From NCBI GenBank assembly GCA_963827475.1, contig CAWHAZ010000005.1, forward strand, positions 153,048-217,047: a DNA stretch of 64,000 bases, in the 5' to 3' direction. Below the pieces are notes generated by a model that was not told the DNA's origin, did not search any database, and worked only from the letters and a program-made list of their open reading frames with translations. Shown here one piece after another: positions 39,222 to 49,461 of this stretch. Origin of the DNA: an uncultured Chloroflexia bacterium (GTDB taxonomy: Bacteria; Chloroflexota; Limnocylindria; QHBO01). The position numbers and the translations under genes were made by a program. Position 1 is the stretch's first letter, and every line of letters starts with the position of its first letter.

Positions 39222-39243
39222 ACGCCCAGACCGATGACCGCCG
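39222..39243 (+). terminator. hairpin CCGCCGCC-tgatcg-GGCGGCGG after the zinc-ribbon gene
   Basis: An 8-bp perfect GC stem, followed by TATACT (a -10-like hexamer) before guaB3. Confidence 0.35.
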
Positions 39244-39295
39244 CCTGATCGGGCGGCGGTCGACCTATACTGCGAATCCGCCCGGAGGCCTGCCA

Positions 39296-40471
39296 TTGGA
39301 CCTCGCCACTCGAAGCCGGAATGACACCGAAATTGGCGGGCGCCTGCGCCGCGCCTACGGCTTCGAGGAGGTCTCGCTCGTCCCCGGAGCGGTGACGATC
39401 GACCCGGCGGAGGTCGACACCTCGGTCGACATCGGCGAGCTCCGTCTCGAGATCCCCTTCCTGGCCGCCGCCATGGACGCGGTGAGCGACGCCGAGATGG
39501 CGGTCCGCCTCCACCGGCTCGGTGGACTGGCGGTTGTGAACCTCGAGGGGCTGTACACCCGCTTTGCCGATGCCGGACCGATCATCGAGCAGGTCGTCGC
39601 GGCCCCCGACGGCCTGGCGGCCGGGCGGATCCTGGCCGAGGCCTACGACGAGCCGATCCGCCCGGACCTGATCAGCGGCCTCATCACCCGGATCAAGTCC
39701 GCGGGCGCCGCCGCGGCCGTGGCCACCACCCCGGCCTCGGCGTGGGACCACGCCGAGCTGGCCGCGGCCGCCGGAGCGGACGTCTTCCTGGTCCAGTCCC
39801 AGGTCTCGAGCGCTCAGCACATCTCGACCTCGGGGCGGGTCCTGTCCCTGGCCGACCTCACGGGGGCGCTGCGCCTGCCGGTCCTGGTCGGCAACACGGT
39901 CAGCGGCGCCGCGGCCGCCCAGCTGATGGCCCAGGGCGCGGCGGGAATCCTGGTCGGAATCGGGCCCGGGGCGGCTTGCACCACGCGCGAGGTGCTGGGC
40001 ATTGGCGTGCCGCAGGTGTCCGCCACCCTGGAGGTGGCGGCGGCCCGCGACCGGTACCTCTCCGAGACCGGCCGCTACGTCCCGGTCATCACCGACGGGG
40101 GGATGAAGACCGGAGGCGACATCGCCAAGGCGATCGCCGCCGGCGCGGACGCGGTGATGCTCGGGTCGCCGTTCGCGGCCGCATCCGAGGCGCCGGGACG
40201 CGGCGTGAACTGGGGCATGGCGGCCCCGTCACCGACGCTCCCTCGCGGGACGCGGATCCAGCTCGGGGAGCGGCTGCCGCTGGATCAGATCCTGTTCGGC
40301 CCGGCAGCCACCACCCACGGCACCCAGAACCTGGTCGGTGCCCTCCGACAGTCGATGGGCGCCCTCGGCGCGAGGACGATCCGCGACATGCACGCGGTCG
40401 AGATGGTGTTCGCCCCCGCCATCGGCACCGAGGGCAAGTCGCTTCAGCTGTCCGCCAGCGGAGACCGATGA
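39296..40471 (+). CDS. GuaB3-like IMP dehydrogenase family protein
   Basis: Full-length match to the CBS-less IMPDH/GMP-reductase TIM barrel (GIGPGAACTTREVLGIGVPQ, GGMKTGGDIAKA). The TTG start is uncertain. Confidence 0.8.
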   Translation: MDLATRSRNDTEIGGRLRRAYGFEEVSLVPGAVTIDPAEVDTSVDIGELRLEIPFLAAAMDAVSDAEMAVRLHRLGGLAVVNLEGLYTRFADAGPIIEQVVAAPDGLAAGRILAEAYDEPIRPDLISGLITRIKSAGAAAAVATTPASAWDHAELAAAAGADVFLVQSQVSSAQHISTSGRVLSLADLTGALRLPVLVGNTVSGAAAAQLMAQGAAGILVGIGPGAACTTREVLGIGVPQVSATLEVAAARDRYLSETGRYVPVITDGGMKTGGDIAKAIAAGADAVMLGSPFAAASEAPGRGVNWGMAAPSPTLPRGTRIQLGERLPLDQILFGPAATTHGTQNLVGALRQSMGALGARTIRDMHAVEMVFAPAIGTEGKSLQLSASGDR

Positions 40472-40512
40472 CGGTCAGCCGCGCCGCCGACCGTCACGTC
40501 TAGACTGGATCG

Positions 40513-42108
40513 ATGGCGACACTCGGGCAGGCACTGGATGGAGTAGTCGAGCTCCACGACGGCCAGCCGCCCGACCTGCAGACGATCATCGTCCTCGATT
40601 TCGGCGGGCAGTACGCCCAGCTCATCGCGCGGCGGATCCGGGAGCTCAACGTGTACTCGGAGCTGCTCCCGCATGACACGCCGTGGGACGAGATCGAGCG
40701 GCGGCGGCCGGTCGGGATCATCCTCTCCGGCGGACCGGCATCGGTCTACGACGACGACGCGCCGCAGGCGGACCCGCGCCTGTGGGAAGGGCGGTTCCCG
40801 GTCCTCGGCATCTGCTACGGCGTCCAGCTGATGGCCCACCAGCTCGGCGGCAAGGTGGCTCCCGCCGAGCAGCGCGAGTACGGCCCGGCCACCATCCGAG
40901 CCGTTGCCGACGAGCCGCTGCTGGCCGGGCTGCCGGCCACCGCCCCGGTATGGATGAGCCACGGCGACTCGATCCTCGAGCCGCCGCCGGGGTTCCGGAC
41001 GATCGCCTCGAGCGAGTCCACCCCCTTCGCGGCGATGGCCAACGACCACGGCCTGATGGGCCTCCAGTTCCACCCCGAGGTCGTCCACACCCCGAACGGT
41101 CGCGAGATCCTCGCCAACTTCGCCCTGCGCATCGCCGGCGCCCGGGGCGACTGGACACCCGGCTCGTTCATCGATTCGACGGTGGCCGCCATCCGGCAGG
41201 AGGTCGGCGACGGCCGCGTCATCTGCGCCCTGTCCGGCGGGGTGGATAGCGCGGTGGCCGCCACGCTCGTCCATCGCGCGGTCGGGGAGCGGCTGACCTG
41301 CGTCTACGTCGACACCGGCCTCATGCGCAAGCGCGAGTCCGAGCTGCTGCGGGCGACCTTCGAGCAGAACCTCGGCATGCAGCTGCGGATGGTGGATGCC
41401 CGCGACCGGTTCCTCGACCGGCTCCGAGGGGTGGCCGACCCGGAGGAGAAGCGGCGGATCATCGGCGACGAGTTCATTCGCGTCTTCGAGGAGGAAGCCG
41501 CCAGCCTGGGACCGATCGAGTTCCTCGTCCAGGGCACGCTGTACCCCGACGTCATCGAGTCGAAGACGATGGAGTCGAAGGCCGCGGCCAAGATCAAGAC
41601 CCACCACAACGTCGGCGGCCTCCCGGCTGACCTCCGCTTCCGGCTCATCGAGCCGCTGCGCTACCTGTTCAAGGACGAGGTGCGCCGGGTCGGCGCGGAG
41701 CTCGGCCTGCCGGAGGCGATGATCCAGCGCCAGCCGTTCCCCGGCCCCGGGCTCGCAATTCGGGTGATCGGCGAGGTGACCGCATCGCGCCTCGAGACAT
41801 TGCGCGACGCGGACTGGATCGTCCTGGACGAGATCAAGGGCGCCGGCCTGTACGGGGATCTGTGGCAGAGCTTCGCGATCCTGACGCCCATCGACACGGT
41901 TGGCGTGATGGGCGACGGCCGAACCTACGCCAACGTGGTCGCGATCCGGGCGGTGACCTCCGACGACGGGATGACCGCCGACTGGGCCCGCCTGCCCTAC
42001 GACCTGCTGGCTCGGATCAGCGCCCGGATCGTGAACGAGGTGCCGGGCGTGAACCGGGTCGTCTACGACGTGAGCAGCAAGCCGCCGGCCACCATCGAGT
42101 GGGAGTGA
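40513..42108 (+). CDS. guaA: GMP synthase (glutamine-hydrolysing)
   Basis: GATase domain (GICYGVQ), PP-loop SGGVDS and the C-terminal dimerisation domain ...KPPATIEWE. Confidence 0.95.
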   Translation: MATLGQALDGVVELHDGQPPDLQTIIVLDFGGQYAQLIARRIRELNVYSELLPHDTPWDEIERRRPVGIILSGGPASVYDDDAPQADPRLWEGRFPVLGICYGVQLMAHQLGGKVAPAEQREYGPATIRAVADEPLLAGLPATAPVWMSHGDSILEPPPGFRTIASSESTPFAAMANDHGLMGLQFHPEVVHTPNGREILANFALRIAGARGDWTPGSFIDSTVAAIRQEVGDGRVICALSGGVDSAVAATLVHRAVGERLTCVYVDTGLMRKRESELLRATFEQNLGMQLRMVDARDRFLDRLRGVADPEEKRRIIGDEFIRVFEEEAASLGPIEFLVQGTLYPDVIESKTMESKAAAKIKTHHNVGGLPADLRFRLIEPLRYLFKDEVRRVGAELGLPEAMIQRQPFPGPGLAIRVIGEVTASRLETLRDADWIVLDEIKGAGLYGDLWQSFAILTPIDTVGVMGDGRTYANVVAIRAVTSDDGMTADWARLPYDLLARISARIVNEVPGVNRVVYDVSSKPPATIEWE

Positions 42109-42123
42109 TCGATCCGCCGTAGG

Positions 42124-45123
42124 ATGCGCGGACCGATGTCCTCGTGGTTCGACAAGCTGCTCGAGGAGATGCAGCGACGGCAGCTCGAAGCCGACCGCGC
42201 CCGCGAGGGCCGGCCGATGCCGCCGCGGCCCCGCGTCGGGCCGCCCGAGGAGCAGATTCCCGACGACGAGGACGGCGGTGGCGGGGACGAGCCACCACCG
42301 CCACGGCGCCTCCGGCCGCGACGCGGCCGCCCGGAGCGCAGCCCGGTCAACTGGGTTCGTCCCGGCCTGTTCCTGCTCGGGGCGTTCATCCTGTTCCAGG
42401 TCCTCGGTGGCCTGGTCGAGCTGTTCACCGACCTCGCCTGGTACCAGTCGCTCGGCCGCCGCGACGTCCTGCTGACCCGATTCGTCGCCCACCTCGGCTG
42501 GTTCGTGGTCGGCGCCGCGCTGTTCACCATCCCGGCCCTGCTGAGCCTGTGGGTCGCTCGTCGGCTCGGTCCGCAGGTGCCCATCCGCCGCGTCGGGCCG
42601 GTGGAGATTCCGGACCTGTCCGGTCCGGTCGGCATCATTCTGGTCGGACTGATCGTGGTTGGCGGGCTGGTCAGCGGGCTCGCGTGGGGCGGGAACTGGC
42701 CGACGCTCCTGCTGTTCTTCAACGGCGGGGCGTTCGGGGCCACTGACGCGGCCTTCGGCCGCGACATCGGCTTCTACGTGTTCGACCTCGCGTTCTGGCG
42801 CTTCGTCCAGGGCTGGGTGGTGATTGCCCTGGCCGTGATCATCGGTCTGACGGTGGGTGCCTACGCGGTGTCCGCCACCCGCTGGCAGTTCCACCTGACC
42901 GCGCCGGTGCGGGCGCACCTCAGCCTGCTGGGCGCCGCCCTGCTGCTGACCATCGCCGCCGGCTACCAGCTCGACTCGGCGGAGCTGGTGTACTCGACGC
43001 GGGGCGTCGGCGGCACGGTCCAGGCGGCGATGTACACCGACATGAATGCCCAGGTCCCGGCCTACACCATCCTGACCATCGTGGCGGTGGTGTCCGCCGG
43101 GCTGCTGCTGGCGAACATCTTCTTCCGGACGCTGTGGCTCATCGGCCTGGCCGCGGGCGCGTGGCTGGTCCTGTCGATCGTGGTCGGGGGCTTCTATCCC
43201 GGCGTCGTGCAGCGGTTCAGCGTGGAGCCCAACGAGCTCGAGCGAGAGCGGGGGTACCTCGAGCAGCACCTCGCCGCCACCCGGGCGGCATTCGACCTGG
43301 ACGCGATCGAGGAGCGGGACTTCACCGGCGAGCAGCGACCGACGCGCGCCCTGTTCGAGGAGAACCAGGAGACGCTCGACAACCTGCGCCTGTGGGACTA
43401 CCGACCGCTGCTGGTGACGTTCGGCCAGCAGCAGATCCTGCGCCAGTACTACAACTTCCTCGACGTCGACATCGACCGCTACGTGATCGACGACGCCGAG
43501 CGCCAGATCATGCTCTCCGGCCGAGAGATCGAGATCGACCGCCTGGCCGATGCGGCGCGGACCTGGACCAACGAGCGCCTGGTGTTCACCCACGGCTACG
43601 GGATCACCGCCGTCCGCTCGAACGCGATCACGCCCGAGGGCCAGCCGGACTACCTGATCAGCGGCATCAACCGCAACCCCGATTTGCCCCTCGGCGAGCC
43701 GCGGATCTACTTCGGCGAGGCCACCACCGACTACGTCGTGGTCCGGACCCGGACCCCGGAGTTCGACTTCCCGCTGGGCGACGAAGGGGGGGAGACCACG
43801 GCGTGGACCGGCGAGACCGGCGTGCCGGTCGACAACGTCCTGTCCCGGCTCCTGTTCGCCATCCGCCTCGGGGACCTGAACCTGTTCATCAGCGACCAGC
43901 TGACCGGCGACTCGGCGATTCTCTTCCGGCGCGACATCCGCGACCGCGTGCCCGAGCTGGCGCCGTTCCTCGAGTACGACCGCGATCCGTACCTGGTCAA
44001 CGCCGACGGCCGGCTGGTCTGGATGTGGGACGCCTACACCACCACCAACCGCTACCCGAACGCCCAGCCACTGCCGGTCGAGACCGAGTTCCCCGGCGCG
44101 AACTACGTGCGCAACGCGGTGAAGGTGGTGGTCGATGCCTACACCGGCGACGTGCGCTTCTACGTGATCGATCCCGACGAGCCGATCATCGCGGCGTGGT
44201 CGGCGATCTTCCCCGGGCTGTTCGAGCCGATCACGGAGATGCCCGAGTCGCTGGTCGCCCACCTGCGGTACCCCGAGGACCTGTTCACCGCCCAGAACTC
44301 CGCGTACCTGCTGTACCACCTCGCCCCCAACGCGTCGGGAGCGGGCACGTTCTACAACCAGGACGACCGGTGGGCGATCCCGACCCAGGTCTCGGACGTG
44401 TCCGGCGAGGGCGGGCCGGTGGAGCCGTACTACGTGATCATGAAGGTCCCCGGCGAGGAGCGGAGCGAGTTCGTCCTCATCCAGCCGCTGGTGGCGGCCA
44501 ACCGGCCGAACATGATCGCGTGGGTCGCGGCCCGGATGGATCCCGGCGTGTACGGCGAGCGGATCGAGTTCCGATTCCCGGTCGACACCACCACCCTCGG
44601 CCCGGCGCAGGTCCAGGCCCGCATCAACCAGGACTCGCGGATCAGCGCCCAGTTCACGCTGTGGAGCCAGGCCGGGTCCGACGTCGTCCGCGGCGACCTG
44701 CTGGTCCTGCCCATGGGCGACTCGATCCTCTACGTCGAGCCGATCTACCTCCGATCCACGCAGTCCAGCTTCCCCGAGTTCAAGCGGGTGATCCTGGCGG
44801 ACCAGACCCGGATCGCGTTTGCCGAGACGATCGAGGAGGGCCTGCGCCAGATCCTCGGGGAGTCGGAGATCCCGCCACCCGAAGGCGGCGGAGGGGGTGG
44901 TGGCGGCGAAGGCGGCGGAGGCGGCGGCGAGCTGCCGGACGACGTGACCGAGCTCGTGATCCTCGCCCAGGAGCTGTACGCGGAGGCCCAGGCGGCGCTC
45001 GCGGCCGGGGATCTCGGCGCCTACCAGGACGCCGTCGACGAGCTCGGCCGCGTCCTCGACCGGATTGCCGAGCTGACCGGGGTCAGCCCATTGCCCTCCG
45101 CCGCCCCTTCGTCCTCGCCCTAG
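42124..45123 (+). CDS. UPF0182 family membrane protein
   Basis: 999 aa with N-terminal multi-TM and a large extracytoplasmic domain typical of UPF0182. Contains a GGGGGGGGEGGGGGG tract near the C-terminus. Confidence 0.85.
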   Translation: MRGPMSSWFDKLLEEMQRRQLEADRAREGRPMPPRPRVGPPEEQIPDDEDGGGGDEPPPPRRLRPRRGRPERSPVNWVRPGLFLLGAFILFQVLGGLVELFTDLAWYQSLGRRDVLLTRFVAHLGWFVVGAALFTIPALLSLWVARRLGPQVPIRRVGPVEIPDLSGPVGIILVGLIVVGGLVSGLAWGGNWPTLLLFFNGGAFGATDAAFGRDIGFYVFDLAFWRFVQGWVVIALAVIIGLTVGAYAVSATRWQFHLTAPVRAHLSLLGAALLLTIAAGYQLDSAELVYSTRGVGGTVQAAMYTDMNAQVPAYTILTIVAVVSAGLLLANIFFRTLWLIGLAAGAWLVLSIVVGGFYPGVVQRFSVEPNELERERGYLEQHLAATRAAFDLDAIEERDFTGEQRPTRALFEENQETLDNLRLWDYRPLLVTFGQQQILRQYYNFLDVDIDRYVIDDAERQIMLSGREIEIDRLADAARTWTNERLVFTHGYGITAVRSNAITPEGQPDYLISGINRNPDLPLGEPRIYFGEATTDYVVVRTRTPEFDFPLGDEGGETTAWTGETGVPVDNVLSRLLFAIRLGDLNLFISDQLTGDSAILFRRDIRDRVPELAPFLEYDRDPYLVNADGRLVWMWDAYTTTNRYPNAQPLPVETEFPGANYVRNAVKVVVDAYTGDVRFYVIDPDEPIIAAWSAIFPGLFEPITEMPESLVAHLRYPEDLFTAQNSAYLLYHLAPNASGAGTFYNQDDRWAIPTQVSDVSGEGGPVEPYYVIMKVPGEERSEFVLIQPLVAANRPNMIAWVAARMDPGVYGERIEFRFPVDTTTLGPAQVQARINQDSRISAQFTLWSQAGSDVVRGDLLVLPMGDSILYVEPIYLRSTQSSFPEFKRVILADQTRIAFAETIEEGLRQILGESEIPPPEGGGGGGGGEGGGGGGELPDDVTELVILAQELYAEAQAALAAGDLGAYQDAVDELGRVLDRIAELTGVSPLPSAAPSSSP

Positions 45124-45137
45124 GGCTGCCCCGCGAC

Positions 45138-46004
45138 ATGGGCGGCTGGCTGTCGGGGGGCATGGCCGCGGCGCGGGTGGCGAGCGACCGTGCCGAGCTG
45201 TGGTTCCCGGGCGCGCTGGTGTCGTTCGTGGCCGCGGGCTGGCTCGTCCTGCTCCTGACCGTGGCCCCGTCCCCCGACGCGGCCGGCGCCGCGGGTCTGG
45301 GCCTGCAGCTCGCCTCCAGCCCGTGGTGGCCGTGGAACGTGGTGGTCCTCAGCGTGGCCATCGTCGCCGGCCTGGCCACGGTCCTGCTGGTCGTTGCCTT
45401 CGGCGAGGTGGCGTTGATGATGGGCCTCATGGACCCCGCGGAGCGGGAGACGCCGCCGTCCGTCCCGCGGGCCATGGCCGTGCTCACGGTTGCCGCCCTT
45501 CCGGTCCTGGCCATGGCGCTGATCCTGGGCTGGCTCGCCGCTCCGGCGGTGGTCGACGCCGTCCTCGGCTCCGACCCCGCGACGCCGGTGTCGGTCCGCC
45601 TGCTGGACGCGACCTGGCCGTACCTCCTTGCACTGGCGGCCGTCGTCGTGATCGTCCAGGCGGTGGGGGCGGCTGGTCTCCGACGACCCGGATGGCAGGG
45701 CCTGGCGGCGGCCCGAGGCCGCGGCCATCGACTCATCCCGCAGGCGGCGGTCACGCTGGTCGCCTTCCTCGGCGCCCAGGTCCTGACCGGCGGCATGCTC
45801 GGCGTGCTGTGGCGGCCGCTCGACGACCGCCTGGCGGACGGAGGCCTCGCCCAGCCGATGACGGTGATCCTGCTGCTAGGCTTCGTGTGGATCTGGCTCG
45901 TCCTCGTCATCATCTGCGGCGTCGTACAGGCGTGGACATCGGCCTGGTGGCAGGCGGAGCTGGGTGCCGGATCCGGAGCAACGTCGATGGAGGGTGGCCC
46001 GTGA
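45138..46004 (+). CDS. integral membrane protein (about 288 aa), unknown function
   Basis: The coding frame runs inside the ORF-track entry 43134-46004 from the ATG at 45138. Multiple TM helices. Confidence 0.5.
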   Translation: MGGWLSGGMAAARVASDRAELWFPGALVSFVAAGWLVLLLTVAPSPDAAGAAGLGLQLASSPWWPWNVVVLSVAIVAGLATVLLVVAFGEVALMMGLMDPAERETPPSVPRAMAVLTVAALPVLAMALILGWLAAPAVVDAVLGSDPATPVSVRLLDATWPYLLALAAVVVIVQAVGAAGLRRPGWQGLAAARGRGHRLIPQAAVTLVAFLGAQVLTGGMLGVLWRPLDDRLADGGLAQPMTVILLLGFVWIWLVLVIICGVVQAWTSAWWQAELGAGSGATSMEGGP

Positions 46005-46763
46005 CCGAGGTCCAGGTCTGTCGGCGATGTGGGACGGAGAACCGGCCCGGCGTGTCGTTCTGCGAGACCTGTGGTCAGCGCCTGGTGGCCGCCGACGAAG
46101 CGACCATGGCCAGACCCGCGGCGAGCGGCGAGGGCGGACCGTGCCCACGCTGCGGCGCGGTCAACCGCTCCGGCTCCGCGTTCTGCTCCGAGTGCGGCTT
46201 CAACATCCGGCCCGCGGTGGCCGCCGCCGGGGCGTCGCTCGGCGCGTCGCCTGACGCACCTCCGTCCACGGCTCCGGCCGAGGTCGCTCGCCCGGCACGG
46301 GCGTGGCTGGGTCCCCTCGTGCTCGCCATCGCCGCGGCCGGGATGGCCACCGCGTGGTTGCTGCCCTTCGCCATCGGCGGCGGCTCGCTGGCCGAGCAGG
46401 CGCTTGGCCCGGATGGATATGGGCTCGCGTTCTGGACCGCCTACCCGGAGGACGGCGGGCTGCTGGAGGCCGCCTATTTCGGCGTCGCCGCCCCGCTGCC
46501 GATCCTCGTCGGCCTGATGCTGCTTCTCGCCGCCGTGGGCGTCCTGCGCGCCGTGCCCGGTCGCGTCCAGCGGATCGGGCTCGGGGTCGTCCTCGGCGTG
46601 GTGCGCGGCCTTCGCCATCCTGTTCCTGGTGTTCGAGATCGGGTCGGCGCTCGGAGGTGATCTCATCGGCCTCCTCCGCAGCCTGTCGCCGGCCGGCCTC
46701 ATCGGATCCCTGTCGGCCGTGATCGGTGCGATCGGCAGCGTTACCCGGCTGGCCGGGGGCTGA
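46001..46763 (+). CDS. double zinc-ribbon (DZR) membrane protein, frame broken near 46600
   Basis: GTGA overlap with the upstream gene. Two zinc ribbons (CRRCG...CETCG; CPRCG...CSECG), then TM helices. The C-terminus continues in another frame (AAFAILFLVFEIGSALGGDLIGLL...AGG*). Confidence 0.55.
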
Positions 46764-48564
46764 AGCCGGATGCGCAGGGAGGTCGCTGGACTAGCCGGCC
46801 TGCTCCACCGGACGGAGGGTCGGGTCCGCGACGGATTCGACCGGTCGGGGCGGACACCGCTGGGCGGGCGCGCGACCTGCTCGCACGGCTCTTCCTCGGG
46901 GCGGGGGTCGACACGGCCGGCGCGTCGAGGGGCTGGAGTGCGTGCAGCAGCGCGGCGGCCCGGGGATCGACGGCCTCGAGCCCGCCCTCGGCGTGCTCAT
47001 GGAGTCGCCGGATTTCCTCCAGGCCGTCGGACGGCACCTGCTCGCCGAAAATGGCGATGAACACCTCGACCACGGTGGGGTCGAACTGGGTTGACGCATG
47101 GCGGCGGAGCTCGGCCAGCGCCTGCTCGTGGGTGAGCGCCGACTTGTAGGGCCGCTCGTGGACCATGGCGTGATACGCGTCGGCCACGGCCACGATCCGG
47201 GCACCGAGCGGGATCTCCTCGCCGCGCAGGCCATGCGGATAGCCCGTGCCATCGAAGCGTTCGTGGTGGTGGAGGACGATCGGGACCGCGTCCCGCATGC
47301 TCGTGGCCTGCTCGAGGATGAGCTGGCCGATGCGTGGATGCTCGCCGACCACCTGCCATTCGACGTCGGTCAGCGACGAGGGCTTGTCGAGGATCTCGTC
47401 CGGCAGGGCCAGCTTGCCGAGGTCGTGCAGGAGGGCCGCGATTCGGATCCGATCCAGCTCCACCCGGGACAGGCCCATGTGGAGGGCGACCCCGATCGAG
47501 AGCGCCGCGATCATGTCCGACGGCCGGCCCCGGTGATGGGGCTGCGGTGCCAGGACCGATGCCAGGGCCTGGGCGGCGCTGGCGCTCGCCCAGCGACCGA
47601 TGGCGGCTGCCGCGTCACGCCGCTCCGGGGTGATCGCCGCGCGGCGGACAACCGATTCATCGGTGACGCTGCCGAACAGGAAGCTCTGGTTGCGTCCCTC
47701 GGACTTCGCGACGTACATCGCCGCATCGGCCGCGTCGACCAGGCGGTCGACCTGCAGCTCGGCGCTGTGCCCACCCGCCACGCCGATGCTGATCGTGGCA
47801 TCCACCAGCACACCGGAAGCCACGCTGAGCGGTCGGCGCATGACCATCTCGCGCAGCTCCTCGGCCATGCCGTAGGCGTCTTCCGGGGTCGTCTCGGGCA
47901 GGATGAGCATGAACTCCTCCCCGCCATAGCGGCCGAAGATGTCGCTCGCCCGGATGCTGCGCGTGATCAGCCCGGCCAGCTGCTGCAGAACGGCGTCTCC
48001 GACCCGGTGGCCGTAGGTGTCATTGATCGCCTTGAAGCGGTCGATGTCCATGAACGCGACCGACATCGGCTTGGAATGGCGAGACGCCCGTTCGACTTCG
48101 CCGGCCAGCGTCCGCAGCAGCGATTCGCGGTTGGGGATGCCGGTCAGCCGGTCCCGGGTCGCCTGCGCCTCCGCCATGGCGAACGTGCCCGCCGCCCGGT
48201 TGAACGCTCGAGCCAGGCGCCGCTCGGCGGGCACGCCCGACTCCTTGAGCATGATCGGCGCGCCCTGGTCCACGGTGCGCTCGAGGTCATTGGCCAGGCG
48301 TCGGAGTCGGAGGGCGAAGTAGAACCAGGTGGTCAGAGCCATGGCCGTGGCGCCCAGCCCGATGGCCAGCCCCACCAGTCCGACCATGAAGCCGCGGGTC
48401 TCCGGAGGCTGGTGGACGAGCATCGCCCCGAGGAGGGTGAGGCACACGGCAGCCACGACCGGATACAGGAAGCCGAGCAGCCGCAGCAGCCAGAGCAAGT
48501 CATCCTCCAGGACGGGGAGATGTGGTCCGTGACCAGTCTGGTCGAGACCCGCTGGCGAGGCCAT
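46741..48564 (-). CDS. membrane-anchored GGDEF diguanylate cyclase fused to an HD-GYP phosphodiesterase domain
   Basis: N-terminal TM helices. GGDEF domain (RYGGEEF) and HD-GYP domain (HD..., HHERFDGTGYP). Start at the ATG at 48564 (MASPAGLDQ...). Confidence 0.8.
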   Translation of the reverse strand: MASPAGLDQTGHGPHLPVLEDDLLWLLRLLGFLYPVVAAVCLTLLGAMLVHQPPETRGFMVGLVGLAIGLGATAMALTTWFYFALRLRRLANDLERTVDQGAPIMLKESGVPAERRLARAFNRAAGTFAMAEAQATRDRLTGIPNRESLLRTLAGEVERASRHSKPMSVAFMDIDRFKAINDTYGHRVGDAVLQQLAGLITRSIRASDIFGRYGGEEFMLILPETTPEDAYGMAEELREMVMRRPLSVASGVLVDATISIGVAGGHSAELQVDRLVDAADAAMYVAKSEGRNQSFLFGSVTDESVVRRAAITPERRDAAAAIGRWASASAAQALASVLAPQPHHRGRPSDMIAALSIGVALHMGLSRVELDRIRIAALLHDLGKLALPDEILDKPSSLTDVEWQVVGEHPRIGQLILEQATSMRDAVPIVLHHHERFDGTGYPHGLRGEEIPLGARIVAVADAYHAMVHERPYKSALTHEQALAELRRHASTQFDPTVVEVFIAIFGEQVPSDGLEEIRRLHEHAEGGLEAVDPRAAALLHALQPLDAPAVSTPAPRKSRASRSRARPAVSAPTGRIRRGPDPPSGGAGRLVQRPPCASGFSPRPAG

Positions 48565-48772
48565 GGCCTGATCGTCCGATGCCTCGGCGCGCCGGTGCCG
48601 CGAGGGCTCGGATCGGGCCGTGGTGCGGTCCGGTGCAGTACCCGGCCCGGACCTCCGGCGAGGGCTGCTCGCCGGCCTGGTCACCGGAACGGTGATTTCA
48701 GACCCATCTGCTAGGATGGCCGCCGCGCTTCGTGCCGGGTGGCACGGACCCAGGGAGTGAGGCACATCGCGA

Positions 48773-49354
48773 ATGGAAGGTCTGCCGGATCCGGGCCAGA
48801 TCTGGAACGACTTCACCAGCAACCCGGTTGTCCAGCTGGCGGCAACGCTGATCGTCGTGTACGTCGTGATGCTCTGGCTGGGGACCGCCTACTGGGCCTT
48901 CCGCGACATGCAGGCTCGGACCGAGAACCCGATCCTGCCCTACTTCGCCTCCGCACTGATCATCTTCTTCACTCCACTCGTGTTCCTGTTCGCTTGGCTG
49001 ATGTACATCATCATTCGACCCCGCGAGACGATGGCCGAGGTCTACGAGCGGTCCCTGGCCGAGGAGTCGCTCCTGGCCGAGATGGAGAAGCACCTCAACT
49101 GCCCAACCTGCCGAGCGCGCGTCTCCGAGGACTGGATCGTGTGTCCCAACTGTCGGACGCGGCTCCACCGCATCTGCCCCGCCTGCCAGCGGCTGACCGA
49201 GCCAGCGTGGTCGATCTGCGCCTTCTGCGGCACTGATCTGCCGACCCGCGCTCGACCCGCGGCGGTCCCCGCACCGGTCGCGGCCCCGGCCGCCGACCGC
49301 CCCGAATTCGGCCACGAGAAGGGCGCCGTCCCGCAGGCGGCGCACAACCCCTGA
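48773..49354 (+). CDS. membrane protein with C-terminal double zinc ribbon
   Basis: Two TM helices, then CPTCR...CPNCR and CPACQ...CAFCG. Confidence 0.6.
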   Translation: MEGLPDPGQIWNDFTSNPVVQLAATLIVVYVVMLWLGTAYWAFRDMQARTENPILPYFASALIIFFTPLVFLFAWLMYIIIRPRETMAEVYERSLAEESLLAEMEKHLNCPTCRARVSEDWIVCPNCRTRLHRICPACQRLTEPAWSICAFCGTDLPTRARPAAVPAPVAAPAADRPEFGHEKGAVPQAAHNP

Positions 49355-49461
49355 CCGACGCGGCCGACGCCCCGGCTCCTCCAACTCCTGACCTGATCCC
49401 GGCCCCGGCGGCACCGCCGCCCGAGCCGACTGTCCCCGTCCCGGCGGCGTGGCCCGGCTGG

